Part shown: in pieces, positions 37,802 to 50,864 of the stretch
How positions within the stretch are numbered: the stretch's first letter is position 1
How the letters are laid out: each line of letters starts with the position of its first letter
Made by a program: the position numbers and the translations under genes
The notes under the pieces: model-generated
What the model was told of the DNA's origin: nothing
The model's input: the letters and a program-made list of their open reading frames with translations, nothing else
Databases searched by the model: none
Source of the DNA: Octopus vulgaris
Lineage: Eukaryota
DNA: 64,000 bases
Assembly: GCA_951406725.2 (NCBI GenBank)
Contig: OX597814.1
Coordinates: forward strand, 174,282,001-174,346,000
Direction of reading: 5' to 3'

Positions 37802-40065
37802 AGAGAGAGGGAGTGTGTGTGTAAAGTGTATGCTTGAACAGTATTGAATTTTGATGTAAAATCTAAAGTCTTCAATACACATTTGTACAGCATTGAATAT
37901 ATGTTTAGTAATGCTTTCATGCATTTGGTGACCAGTATTGAAATCATAATGTGGATGTAACAACAATTACTAAATGCACATTTAGATATATAAGCATACT
38001 TAACTCAGTCTTTGGTTTGTTCAATCTCAGTCAAACACTTGTGTAAGTGAAGATGTGGATATATTAAGAGGAGAAAAAAGAATTTGGATTATTGTATTTC
38101 ATGGCTTAGAAGGTGCACAAGCTTTTAACAAAGCTCAATTTCAACAGTTTTCTATTTTTGCCCTACCATCTGTCAAGCTATTTTAACATTTCTCATTTTA
38201 AAATCATAACCTTTGTATTATATAACTAAGGTGTTCCTCAGTTATATGTATTTCAGTTATATTCTAAAATATTCTTAAATGTAAACACATTTCTTAAAAC
38301 AACTCTGACATGTATTGTTATATTGAAATGATGTTTTGCATACAACTTTAAAAAATGGTTCTTGTACGAATCTGTTTTGGACTTTTTGTCTCCAAAACTA
38401 CTCTATTTACGCAACTGTGAACAAAATTCAATGACTTGTTATTCCTCTCCTCATTCATTTTATCAAAACCAGGAACTTTCTTAATGTTTGTGATCCACAG
38501 TCCTACCTGTAGATACAGGCAATTCTTAGGTTTTGTCTTAGACGAAAGAATTAACAGAAGAAAACTGAATCACTACAAAGGAACAAAAACACACCTTTTG
38601 GTCATAATCTTAAGAATCTAATTCTAAAAACGTAGAATGATAATAAAGTTCTGTGTGCTTAATTGGATAAAGTTATTTTTAAGGGTTGGTTAATAATTTT
38701 ATTCAAAAGAAGATTGATTGCACTGTCTGAAATGCCATCACACTCCCCAAGGTGCTCTAGGTTGCTACCAAACATAAGTAACAGAAAAAGCAAAATAACA
38801 TTTTACCCTATTTACCTGCCAGCTGTACATGTTACAGATAGACAGTCTGCTCGGCTTCTCTTCTCTTCTCTTCAAATGGTTCTTACACTCCCTCTTTTCA
38901 GTTGCTCCCAACACTTCTCTTTTTTTTTTTTTAAGAACTTGTATTCATCTCTTGATATAAACATCTAGTTATATAGGACATATAGTATTTCTTTATAATA
39001 TATTTATAATTATATTATAAAGTAATACTTAATTTATTTAATCAAATCTATTAATTGTGAAACTTTTTTTTAATTCATAAAGAATTGCTGTTATGAAATT
39101 CAGCCAATAATTTTAAACCAGATTTATTAGAAATTTATGGTGATATAATTATCAATTATTTAATGCAATTAATTTGCTTATTTTATCCAATATAACATTA
39201 CCCAATTCTCTTAGAATAGTAAATATTTCTTCCTTTGAAGAAAGCAGGGATATGATCAGATGTTGCTCTTAATCACCATTTAATTGTTGGTAGTTAAACA
39301 GTCAACTAATTAATTCAAGTTCTGGATTGTTAGCATGTACTCTGTGGTCTTTAAGATAGTGAAATTGGAGTTTTGTATAGCATTATGTACCTTTAAATAT
39401 ATTGATATTCATTACATTTTTCTGCACTTATATATCCATCATTTGAGTGAAATAGATAATTAGATTAATAATTCTTGTGTATATGTTAATACTAGATGTA
39501 TGTTTGTGTATGTAATGATAATATTGGAGGTGTATTTGTTGAGAAATAACCCCCCCCCCCAAAAAAAAAAGCAAAAGAGAGAGAGAGAGAGAGAGAGTAA
39601 CTGTGGGAAGCAGCTGGAGAGGATTATGTCTTCTTGCTTAAGTGACAATAATCCATGAGACCCATTGTGTTTGAAGCTAGTTTTAAGGATATAGGTTAAT
39701 AAACATCTGTCATAAAGAAACATCCCAATACTTCAATTTTATTAAAACTTCATTACAATTTTCAAGAAGAATTATGCAATGAATGACGTTTCAGAATAAT
39801 TGGATTTGCAGAAGAGACTGAACTTAGAGAGTAACATTTTGTTCAATTCACCTAGATGTATGAACAGGTCACATGTTTTCGTGAGATAATTTAGTTATCC
39901 ACCAGCATTAGACTAGCGTTATGTTTAGGTGAAAGTTTTATCACTCCTCCACTCAACTGCTAGTGAAACTGAAAAAGAACTTTTTACTGGCTCTTTTAAA
40001 AAGCATTTCCCTTCTGGTTAGTAAAAGAATTAATCTTTGAATAGAGTTTGCTACATTAAAAAAGT

Positions 40066-40200
<135 letters not shown>

Positions 40201-41010
40201 CCCCCCTCTCACTCTCTCTCTATCATACTTAGAAAACAACTAAACCTCAAAAATACACTAGAACATTCTATGGCTTTCTCTTTCATCAAGCTATATATAT
40301 CATATATACTTGTTGGTATCATCCATTACATTTTATCTTAATTTTGTCAGTGTGGGTCACCATAAAGTTTTGGATTCTCACCTTTTAATATTTTTATTTT
40401 CTGATTTATTATTGGTGAGCGAAATCATACTTCTTAACCACAAAGCTATGTAGTGAATGAAGGAATGGATCCATTCCTTGAAAGTTCAGCAAACTGCTTT
40501 CTTGTTTTTATTATTTTTTCTTTCAACATTCATGTTTACATGGTATTAAGATGAAAGGGGTTTTATCAACATTAGCCTCTCTTGAACTTAACGATGTCCT
40601 CTCTAATACTAATTCAACACTCTTATGTAATAAGATGATGCCTATTATCTGTCTAGTAGACTAATGTCAGTAGAGAATTTTGATTTTTGCTAGGGACTTC
40701 CTAAATATCTTGGTCCATCTCAAGGTTTGTGAATGATATTGGATAGATGCAAATTCTATGGAAGAAGCCCATTGGATGAATTGTACATGTTCTTGGGTGG
40801 TATACTTAATCTATCATCTTTTTTTTAACACCATTACCTTGCCCATAAATTATTTTCAACTGTGTCCACTCTACAAGCAGTCAGACTAAGTCTGGAGATA
40901 TTATACAAGCCAAGGTTTTTTTCCTTCCCATCACTGACGATACTGTCTGGAAAAAAAACCAAAAAAACAACTGAAAGGAAGGTTTGAATTCCTGATGTTG
41001 TAGTCATTAA

Positions 41011-41217
41011 CCCTTTAGCATATCTGGCCCAAATATTCTACATGCTTTATGTTCGAAGTGACCTGATATAGTCTCTCACTCCTACACTACAATGTCATTC
41101 TAAAACTAAACAATCACATCATCAAAATCTGAAAGCTATAAGATAATGCATGATTAATTTAAAACAATGTGAATAAATAAGCATTACATTTGATTAAGTA
41201 CTCTGAATGCTTAAGGG
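41011..41217. mobile_element. piggyBac-type MITE (family 1)
   Basis: TTAA-ccctttagcat ... atgcttaaggg-TTAA; homologous to 9781-9979 and a partial copy at 52820-52939. Confidence 0.85.
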
Positions 41218-42387
41218 TTAATTCAGTTTATTGACCACTGTTATTATGCACTCAGACTCGCACACAATTGCCCCTCATGACTTGCAATAATTTCTAAATA
41301 ATTTCCCACAAAATTTGGTACTTTTAGTAAAGAGAACCAAATCTTAAAAATCTAAGGAAACCTAAATGAATTTACACAGTGGTGCTTTGTATGAAAGCAT
41401 TTCCTGTCTTTCCGCTCGTTTCTTGGTGTAACCCAATACTTTTCAAATGTTTGTTGTTACAAGAGTGTAAATATCTGAATGAATAGTAGTGGCATTATAT
41501 TTATTTTAATTATTGCAATATGTATATTTACAATATATTTGATATATCTTTCTGTATTACCTGTTTATTTCTGTTATGTATTAGGTTATTAGAATTTTCT
41601 ACCTTATATGGAGATTAATTAAACCCAACATTATTCATGTTCATAATAATTATCATCATCATCATCATCATCATCATTCTTTTCTTTGCTTTCTTATTTT
41701 CTCTTTTCCTTCCATTTCCTCTTATCTCCAAACTTCACATTCTCTGCCAATTAGAATGTTATTATTACATCTTTCTACAATTGATATCATAACAGATGTT
41801 GAAAAATTTAATTTCTGCAGGAAGTTCTTTTTTCTTATAAATTTCATCAATAGAAATGTTACATATTATTATGTGGGAATGTTATTTATTATCATTTTTT
41901 ATGTCTTTTTCCATGCTTAGCTCTATCTAATCTGTCTTCATCTACACTATGCACATTTTTGTAAGGAATGTAGGTTATAGTCTCAATCCTAGTATATAAA
42001 CTTAAACTCAGCATATTGACTTAATCCCAATATATTTCTGCTATTTGTTTTATGAAAACCTGGTCAGCATGTTAATTTGCCTGTTCTCAGTAGAATTTGA
42101 ACTCACAAAGAACAAGACACTAAATTTCACAGCATAATCTGTATTGCTTCATGTCCTATTTATGTGATGTCAATTCTACATAGTTTCTTGAACTGCTAAT
42201 ATTAGAAGCCAAATCTGCTTCAGACTATGGTTTACTATATTAAAAAAGAAAAAATGCATTAGTTAATGTAGTTCAGAGTACACTATTGCTGTGATGGTGG
42301 GAAGAAAGCTGGAATGGTCATGGTTCTGTTCAATCAGTACTGACATAGGGAGTAAACAACTTCATTCTCTTAAAAATAATGATGTTT

Positions 42388-42665
42388 GAATAATAATAAT
42401 AATAATAATTGTGTACAGTGCTCAGGTGCACTACAACTCATCTAAAGTGTATATATAATCAGGTGTAGTTTTGGCGGATTTCGGAAAGCATGAGGGCCTT
42501 AAAGGATGCAGTGTCATGGCAGTCAACAACTGACGCAGGCAGTTTATTCCATGCTTCAGCAACACTGAGCGTGAAAAAATGTTTCCGAAAGTCATGGGAG
42601 CTGTGTTGTTTTCTGACTTTGTAGGCATGTCCACGTGTGTTAGACACATGGAGTGTTTGACAATA
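42388..42665 (-). mobile_element. 5'-truncated CR1-clade LINE 3' end
   Basis: SNTRGHAYKVRKQHSSHDFRKHFFTLSVAEAWNKLPASVVDCHDTASFK matches the CR1 ORF2 C-terminal TRGH..K...R..FF..RV...WN.LP..VV......FK motif; (ATT)n tail. Confidence 0.88.
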
Positions 42666-43009
42666 ATTACTGACTTTCAATGTATTTGAGAAATAAATTT
42701 AAGTTCTTTCTTTTATTTATTAATTAGAATCAGTAATTTAAAAGGAAACTTATAAGACATATCTTTTTTTACACTTCCGTTTCTATAATGATACATTGCA
42801 TTAAGAGTCCCTTCTTCCAATAACTATTGCTGTATAGTGCAATGATGTTAGAAATACATTTGATCCCACATTGGCTCAAAGGTGATTTGTGAATTCAGCT
42901 ATAAATTTCTATTGAAAATAAGTCCTTAGCACATGTTCAGATAACCTTTGTACAATCTCGTATAAATAAGGTGACAAAAGATTGTTGGAAATGATTGAAA
43001 GAAAGGCAG

Positions 43010-43400
43010 TCAAGTGAGACCCAAAATGGAGTATTGCTCCCAAATCTGGGATGGTATTGCTGCTATGGACAGACATCTTGGACTGCATCCGTAGAAAGTC
43101 CCCGTTACTAACTAGAATTCATTCACTAATGGAAATGCTTCTGGCCCACAGGCTTGTTGTCTCCTCCCCTCTGTTTATCACAGTAACTTCTATTCTTTAG
43201 AACTGACTTATCACATACTGCCACCACTCAGGCACCCCTGTACAATTTGTCTTTCTACCTCTAGCCACTCTTGATATGTCCAACCTCCTCGGCCACACAC
43301 TAACCATTATGTCCATCCCTTTCTCTCTTGAACTTATTTCTAGAATCTACTCCCTAATCATATCCCTCATACAGATATTGACCTGCAACAGTTTAAGCAG
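43010..43400 (+). mobile_element. Degenerate LINE ORF2 C-terminal relic (CR1/Jockey/I-like)
   Basis: QVRPKMEYCSQIWDG..LDCIRRK resembles the post-RT motif VRPxLEYxSxxW. Confidence 0.6.
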
Positions 43401-45625
43401 TGAAACACTGGGGTCGCTATAATTGACTAGTGCCTTCCCCCAAAATTTCAGGCCTTGTGCCTATAGTAGAAAAGATTATTATTATTATTATTATAAATGT
43501 AGTCATCCTTTTTAAAAAAATATTAAGAGTGGGAGTTAAGGGAGATTAGGTTACTATTTTTGACATGTTGGGCAACTACAATGGTTCCCCTGTTGGCATG
43601 TTCTCTTTGCTATACATTGGTCGTCTTTTATCTACTAAATAGTACTACAATTAGAACAGATTTATTTTACTTGGAAGTTATATTTTATTATAAATGACTT
43701 AAATATCATCAGTTATTAAATTAGCATTTTGTAATTCAAGTAGTTTCTTATTCTTCCTTCCTCTTATTTTTATAACTACAGAAATCTTTATTTTATGAAT
43801 AAGTTTAAGTTTAAAAGAAATCATGCTGTGATGGTGGGCTTCTGGTGAGTAATGTCTGTTGTGAAGTCCGTTTCTTAATGAAACAATTATTATATTATTA
43901 AGAACCACTTTAGTCATCATATATTATATAACAGTAAAGCAAATTGATATAGTTTTTCATGTGTGAGAAAAAAAAAAAGAGGATAAAATAACATATAAAG
44001 ATATAAAGAAAATGTAGTGAACATAATGTTGATTTATGAAATTACATTCTCTCTATAGGTCTGAGTAGAGAGATCACTGAGTGGCTGTGAGAACTGTTTT
44101 CATGACAAGATTTTAATAGTAGGTTACGTGTTCTGAGTCAAGAAGATTGGTGGAATATTAATGGAGGAAACTTAGTGAGGGGATGGGAGTTTGCTTGTAA
44201 AAGAATTATGGTTTTTAAAGCATCTCATTAACGTGCCGTGACATTGCATCTATTTTTTTTTAACAAGTCTATTTTAAAAGAAGCAATTTTGACAATAAAT
44301 AGACATGTTTTTCTAACAAAGTGAAAACAAATTATTTACGAGGGTTATTATCTCATGCAGTATAGAAAATCTGAATTAAAATTTCATTAGAAATGAAAGT
44401 GTAGAACAAGATAAAAAAAGAATTATAAATGTTTTATTACAATAAAAATATGTATTTCGATATAAATTTTTGCATACATTTTTGAAATTATTTTCAGATG
44501 CCTTTGCATATGGGAAATTATTGCATATGTGTGTGTGTGTATGTGTGAGAAGGAGGAGGAGAACAGACAGAGTTCTGGCAAACCATCACTTGATCTTTGT
44601 ATGTAACCTTGCTTAAAATCAGTGTCAGCTGGTGGGAGTCTTAATATTCTGTTCTTACTGGGCCACCATTTACAAATTGTGGAAGAAGAGTATATAAAGT
44701 TATGCACAAGCTGATAGGACAGTCCTCAAAGGCATTAGCCACAATGCTAGATCTCTCATTCTATCAGGCAGTAAAATTCTTGTGGGAAATCATTTTTCAC
44801 TATATCCTGTCAGACTGGCCCTACAGAATTGGCAAGTGCAGTCAGAAATGTTATATTAACACATCAACTGCCACAGCCTGCTACTGGAACTTGTAACGCC
44901 ACATATTTTCAGTCATGCTGTTTAATTACAAGGATATGTTTGTTTTTGTTTTTTTTTGCATTTTTACAATATTCCATAAATAAACTTTCAAATTTAGCAC
45001 TCATGTCTGTTAAATATCCTCAAAAATATGTTAACGATACAGAATAACATATTTTCTCAAATTATGAAAATGTACCACTGATTGTGTATGTGGTGGTTGT
45101 ATGAAGTTTGTGATTAACCACCAGTGGTACATGTGACAGTTAACATGTTAAGAACTGTGTGGTGCTTAAACCAAGATCATGGCTTGACTGCATGCAGTAT
45201 AAGTAAAATTCCACTAAATGTGTCTGAAGACAAGTTGGTAATGTTAAGTCAGGTAATTAAGACATACTACCTAATATAATTGGCAAAGTAGTGGATGAAT
45301 AATATTTCTTTTATTCATTGCCCTACAGCAATGCTGGGCACATTCTTCAAAATAATTGATCATACCCTTATACTAATTTTATCAATTTTCTTTTAACTAA
45401 GTTACTGACCATAAAAAGACAGAGCACTTATTTTTAGACCAACATATAATTACAAGCACCTAATGCCAATCGTGAGATATTGGTCAAGCTAAGGCTGTTT
45501 GTTGTAGAAAACACTTGTTGAAGGTGTTATACAGTGAGATTGAACCCAGAATCACTTTGTTACAAAGCAAGTTCTTTAGCAACACAACACTGCTTGTGCT
45601 TATATATATATATATATATATATAT

Positions 45626-46517
45626 ACTCGCTTCCACAGGCTTAGCCAATACGCAGGATGAAAAATATCAGCTAAGTCCTGTTCCTTCTTTTCATTGTTT
45701 TTGCAAGTATCATCATCACCATCAAGCCTTCTTATTATTATTGTTTCCCCATATATTGGCGTTATCGTTGTCTTTCGTCTCAAATGCTAGCTGAAGCATA
45801 TAAACTTTCATTCACAAAAACTTCGCAAAAACATCTCGTCTCAAATTTGGTCTTTCTTTCTGTCGCTTAATTCTCTAAACCATCTTTTCCCAACTTCCAC
45901 TCATAGAAACTTATGCACACGATCGCAAAGCATTCCATCTCAAATCCTGTCTTTCTTTCTGCCGCCTAAAAATCTCATCTTCTCCCATTGCGCGGTGTCG
46001 TTTTGTCCCTCTGTTATCACTATGTCTCTCTCTCTCTCTCTCTCTCTCTCGCTATGTGGTGTCGGTTTCTCCCTCTGTTATCACTGTCTCTCTCTCTCTC
46101 TCTGTATATATATCTCGCCTTCACTCGCTTCCACAGGCTTAGCCAATACGCAGGATGAAAAATATCAGCTAAGTCCTGTTCCTTCTTTTCATTGTTTTTG
46201 CAAGTATCATCATCACCATCAAGCCTTCTTATTATTATTGTTTCCCCATATATTGGCGTTATCGTTGTCTTTCGTCTCAAATGCTAGCTGAAGCATATAA
46301 ACTTTCATTCACAAAAACTTCGCAAAAACATCTCGTCTCAAATTTGGTCTTTCTTTCTGTCGCTTAAATCTCTTACCCATCTTTTCCCAACTTCCACTCA
46401 TAGAAACTTATGCACACGATCGCAAAGCATTCCATCTCAAATCCTGTCTTTCTTTCTGCCGCCTAAAAATCTCATCTTCTCCCATTGCGCGGTGTCGTTT
46501 TGTCCCTCTGTTATCAC

Positions 46518-46572
<55 letters not shown>

Positions 46573-48480
46573 ATGTGGTGTCGGTTTCTCCCTCTGTTAT
46601 CACTGTCTCTCTCTCTCTCTCTGTATATATATCTCGCCTTCACTCGCTTCCACAGGCTTAGCCAATACGCAGGATGAAAAATATCAGCTAAGTCCTGTTC
46701 CTTCTTTTCATTGTTTTTGCAAGTATCATCATCACCATCAAGCCTTCTTATTATTATTGTTTCCCCATATATTGGCGTTATCGTTGTCTTTCGTCTCAAA
46801 TGCTAGCTGAAGCATATAAACTTTCATTCACAAAAACTTCGCAAAAACATCTCGTCTCAAATTTGGTCTTTCTTTCTGTCGCTTAAATCTCTTACCCATC
46901 TTTTCCCAACTTCCACTCATAGAAACTTATGCACACGATCGCAAAGCATTCCATCTCAAATCCTGTCTTTCTTTCTGCCGCCTAAAAATCTCATCTTCTC
47001 CCATTGCGCGGTGTCGTTTTGTCCCTCTGTTATCACTATGTCTCTCTCTCTCTCTCTCTCGCTATGTGGTGTCGGTTTCTCCCTCTGTTATCACTGTCTC
47101 TCTCTCTCTCTGTATATATATCTCGCCTTCACTCGCTTCCACAGGCTTAGCCAATACGCAGGATGAAAAATATCAGCTAAGTCCTGTTCCTTCTTTTCAT
47201 TGTTTTTGCAAGTATCATCATCACCATCAAGCCTTCTTATTATTATTGTTTCCCCATATATTGGCGTTATCGTTGTCTTTCGTCTCAAATGCTAGCTGAA
47301 GCATATAAACTTTCATTCACAAAAACTTCGCAAAAACATCTCGTCTCAAATTTGGTCTTTCTTTCTGTCGCTTAAATCTCTTACCCATCTTTTCCCAACT
47401 TCCACTCATAGAAACTTATGCACACGATCGCAAAGCATTCCATCTCAAATCCTGTCTTTCTTTCTGCCGCCTAAAAATCTCATCTTCTCCCATTGCGCGG
47501 TGTCGTTTTGTCCCTCTGTTATCACTATGTCTCTCTCTCTCTCTCTCTCGCTATGTGGTGTCGGTTTCTCCCTCTGTTATCACTGTCTCTCTCTCTCTCT
47601 GTATATATATCTCGCCTTCACTCGCTTCCACAGGCTTAGCCAATACGCAGGATGAAAAATATCAGCTAAGTCCTGTTCCTTCTTTTCATTGTTTTTGCAA
47701 GTATCATCATCACCATCAAGCCTTCTTATTATTATTGTTTCCCCATATATTGGCGTTATCGTTGTCTTTCGTCTCAAATGCTAGCTGAAGCATATAAACT
47801 TTCATTCACAAAAACTTCGCAAAAACATCTCGTCTCAAATTTGGTCTTTCTTTCTGTCGCTTAAATCTCTTACCCATCTTTTCCCAACTTCCACTCATAG
47901 AAACTTATGCACACGATCGCAAAGCATTCCATCTCAAATCCTGTCTTTCTTTCTGCCGCCTAAAAATCTCATCTTCTCCCATTGCGCGGTGTCGTTTTGT
48001 CCCTCTGTTATCACTATGTCTCTCTCTCTCTCTCTCTCGCTATGTGGTGTCGGTTTCTCCCTCTGTTATCACTGTCTCTCTCTCTCTCTGTATATATATC
48101 TCGCCTTCACTCGCTTCCACAGGCTTAGCCAATACGCAGGATGAAAAATATCAGCTAAGTCCTGTTCCTTCTTTTCATTGTTTTTGCAAGTATCATCATC
48201 ACCATCAAGCCTTCTTATTATTATTGTTTCCCCATATATTGGCGTTATCGTTGTCTTTCGTCTCAAATGCTAGCTGAAGCATATAAACTTTCATTCACAA
48301 AAACTTCGCAAAAACATCTCGTCTCAAATTTGGTCTTTCTTTCTGTCGCTTAAATCTCTTACCCATCTTTTCCCAACTTCCACTCATAGAAACTTATGCA
48401 CACGATCGCAAAGCATTCCATCTCAAATCCTGTCTTTCTTTCTGCCGCCTAAAAATCTCATCTTCTCCCATTGCGCGGTG
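45626..48480 (+). repeat. Tandem array of about 489-bp units, about 5.8 copies
   Basis: actcgcttccacagg recurs at 45626, 46123, 46642, 47131, 47620 and 48109 (periods 497, 519, 489, 489, 489); units differ mainly in (CT)n length. Confidence 0.97.
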
Positions 48481-48491
48481 CGCCCGCCCTC

Positions 48492-48851
48492 CCACCCCCA
48501 CCACCAATACCACCCCCACCACCAATACCACCCCCACCACCAATACCACCCCCACCACCAATACCACCCCCACCACCAATACCACCCCCACCACCAATAC
48601 CACCCCCACCACCAATACCACCCCCACCACCAATACCACCCCCACCACCAATACCACCCCCACCACCAATACCACCCCCACCACCAATACCACCCCCACC
48701 ACCAATACCACCCCCACCACAAATACCACCCCCACCACCAATACCACCCCCACCACCAATACCACCCCCACCACCAATACCACCCCCACCACCAATACCA
48801 CCCCCACCACCAATACCACTCCCACCACCAATACCACCCCCACCACCAATA
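48492..48851 (+). repeat. 18-bp minisatellite (CCACCCCCACCACCAATA) x20
   Basis: Directly visible; only two variant units (near 48721 and 48820). Confidence 0.97.
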
Positions 48852-49329
48852 CCGGTGAACACTGTTCTCACCATCTACACCGGATACTCCCTCCTCCTCC
48901 CCCACCACCCCTTCTCCTCATATGCTTTCACTGAGAAAAGACAAGCTGCTAGCGTCTCAGCTCATCAACCGCCCTCTGATCTTACGCTTCCTCCTGTTTT
49001 GAATCTGACACTGCCTCAATCCTACTATCTCCTTCCAGTCCCCTCCATGCCTCGTAATATCCTACGTTTTTATTTCTTACGAACCTGCACCAACCCTTCC
49101 TGCCATCGTTCCTCCTTACCCCCCAACCTCCCCCACACCTACCCATATATATATATATATACACATCCTACGTTTATATTTCTTACGAACCTTCACCAAC
49201 CCTTCCTGCCATTGTTCCTCCTTACCCCAACCTTCCCCACTGGTGCTCCCCTATATTACCCGCACCCCTTTACTATCTCTCCCTCTCTTTTCACTGGTGA
49301 AACCTTTCTCAGCTGAACCCCCCCCCCCA

Positions 49330-49623
49330 ACTCAACTCTACCCCGCATCCCGTTGCCCCCGTGTCCCTGGCACGTTAAAAGCTCGAACCGATCGTGACCG
49401 ATGCCGGACCCCCCGGCCCCTGTGCAGGTGGCACGTAAAAAGCACCCAATCCACTCACGGAGTGGTTGGCGTTAGGAAGGGCATCCAGCCGTAGAAACTC
49501 TGCCAGAATCAGACTGGAGCCTGGAGCGGCCCCTGGCTTCCCAGACCCCGGTCGAACCGTCCAACCCGTGCTAGCGCGGAAAACGGACGTTTAAACGATG
49601 ATGATGATGATGATGATGATGAT
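49330..49623 (+). mobile_element. Young RTE-type 3' tail ending in (GAT)n
   Basis: gtggcacgtaaaaagcaccc...ggcgttaggaagggcatccagccgtagaaac...gctagcgcggaaaacggacg-(gat)n, with CpGs intact. Confidence 0.88.
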
Positions 49624-49636
49624 ATACACATATATA

Positions 49637-50045
49637 CTCTTTACTCTTTTACTTGTTTCAGTCATTTGACTGTGGCCATGCTGGAGCACCACCTTTAGTC
49701 GAGCAAATCGACCCCAGGACTTATTCTTTGTAAGCCTAGTACTTATTCTATCATTCTCTTTTGCCTAACCGCTAAGTTACTGGGACATAAACACACCAGC
49801 ATCAGTTGTCAAGCGATGTTGGGGGGACAGAAACAGACACACAAACATATATACATACACACACACACACATACATATATATATACACACATATATACGA
49901 CGGGCTTCTTTCAGTTTCCGTCTACCAAATCCACTCAAGGCTTTGGTTGGCCCGAGGCTATAGTAGAAGACACTTGCCCAAGTGGAACTGAACCTGAAAC
50001 CATGTGGGTTGTAAGCAAGCTACTTACCACACAGCCACTCCTATA
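49637..50045 (-). mobile_element. tRNA-derived SINE, family A
   Basis: Homologous to 37100-37487; its head half is repeated at 50220-50383 by the local tandem duplication. Confidence 0.9.
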
Positions 50046-50552
50046 CCTACTTATATGTATATATAAAACAACAGATGGATAATGTGTCGGTTCACTACAG
50101 CTGTTTCCAACAAATTTTGAATTGATTAATGGAGACCTGACATCATTAGAAAAAAAGCATTTTCATCAAGTGAATACATGAACCACGACATTCAAAAGCC
50201 AACAAGATGTGCATATATATATACACACATATATACGACGGGCTTCTTTCAGTTTCCGTCTACCAAATCCACTCAAGGCTTTGGTTGGCCCGAGGCTATA
50301 GTAGAAGACACTTGCCCAAGTGGAACTGAACCTGGAACCATGTGGGTTGTAAGCAAGCTACTTACCACACAGCCACTCCTATGCCTACTTATATGTATAT
50401 ATAAAACAACAGATGGATAATGTGTCGGTTCACTACAGCTGTTTCCAACAAATTTTGAATTGATTAATGGAGACCTGACATCATTAGAAAAAAAGCATTT
50501 TCATCAAGTGAATACATGAACCACGACATTCAAAAGCCAACAAGATGTGCAT
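49874..50552. repeat. 338-bp tandem duplication (2 copies)
   Basis: 49874-50211 is repeated at 50212-50549, with two substitutions seen (cctgaaac/cctggaac; ctatacc/ctatgcc). Confidence 0.95.
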
Positions 50553-50580
50553 CTTCATGATTCTATGACCCTTGCTGGTC

Positions 50581-50623
<43 letters not shown>

Positions 50624-50625
<2 letters not shown>

Positions 50626-50864
50626 CACATAAAAAGCACCATTTGAGCGTGGCCGTTGCCAGTACCGCCTGACTGGCCCTCGTACTGGTGGCACGTAAAA
50701 GCACCCACTACACTCCCGGAGTGGTTGGTGTTAGGAAGGGCATCCAGCTGTAGAAACTCTGCCTGATCAGATTGGAGTCTGGTGCAGCCATCTGGTTCGC
50801 CAGACCTCAGTCAAATCGCCCAACCCATGCTAGCATGGAAAGTGGACGTTAAATGATGATGATG
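50624..50864 (+). mobile_element. RTE-type 3' tail inserted after (TA)n
   Basis: Two ggcac.taaaa.gcacc modules, ttaggaagggcatccagctgtagaaac core, (gat)n end. Confidence 0.85.

Noticed and set aside
45484-48277. Repeated ORFs MRRKTTITPIYGE... and ...LASTGLANTQDEKY...
   Set aside because: Short frames recurring only because of the tandem unit; ends vary with (CT)n length; no recognisable domain.
45626-48480. Hammerhead retrozyme monomers
   Set aside because: No CUGANGA core with a properly placed GAAA was found on either strand by eye; other ribozyme classes are untested.
45626-48851. CRISPR-like array
   Set aside because: Units are contiguous identical repeats with no unique spacers; eukaryotic context, no cas genes.
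48394-49316. Long ORFs encoding PPPPPI (formin FH1/extensin-like), GGGGGI, WWWGWY, HPHHQY and VVGVVL repeats
   Set aside because: Automatic result of a stop-poor 18-bp minisatellite; non-ATG starts, no splice context, located inside a young repeat insert.
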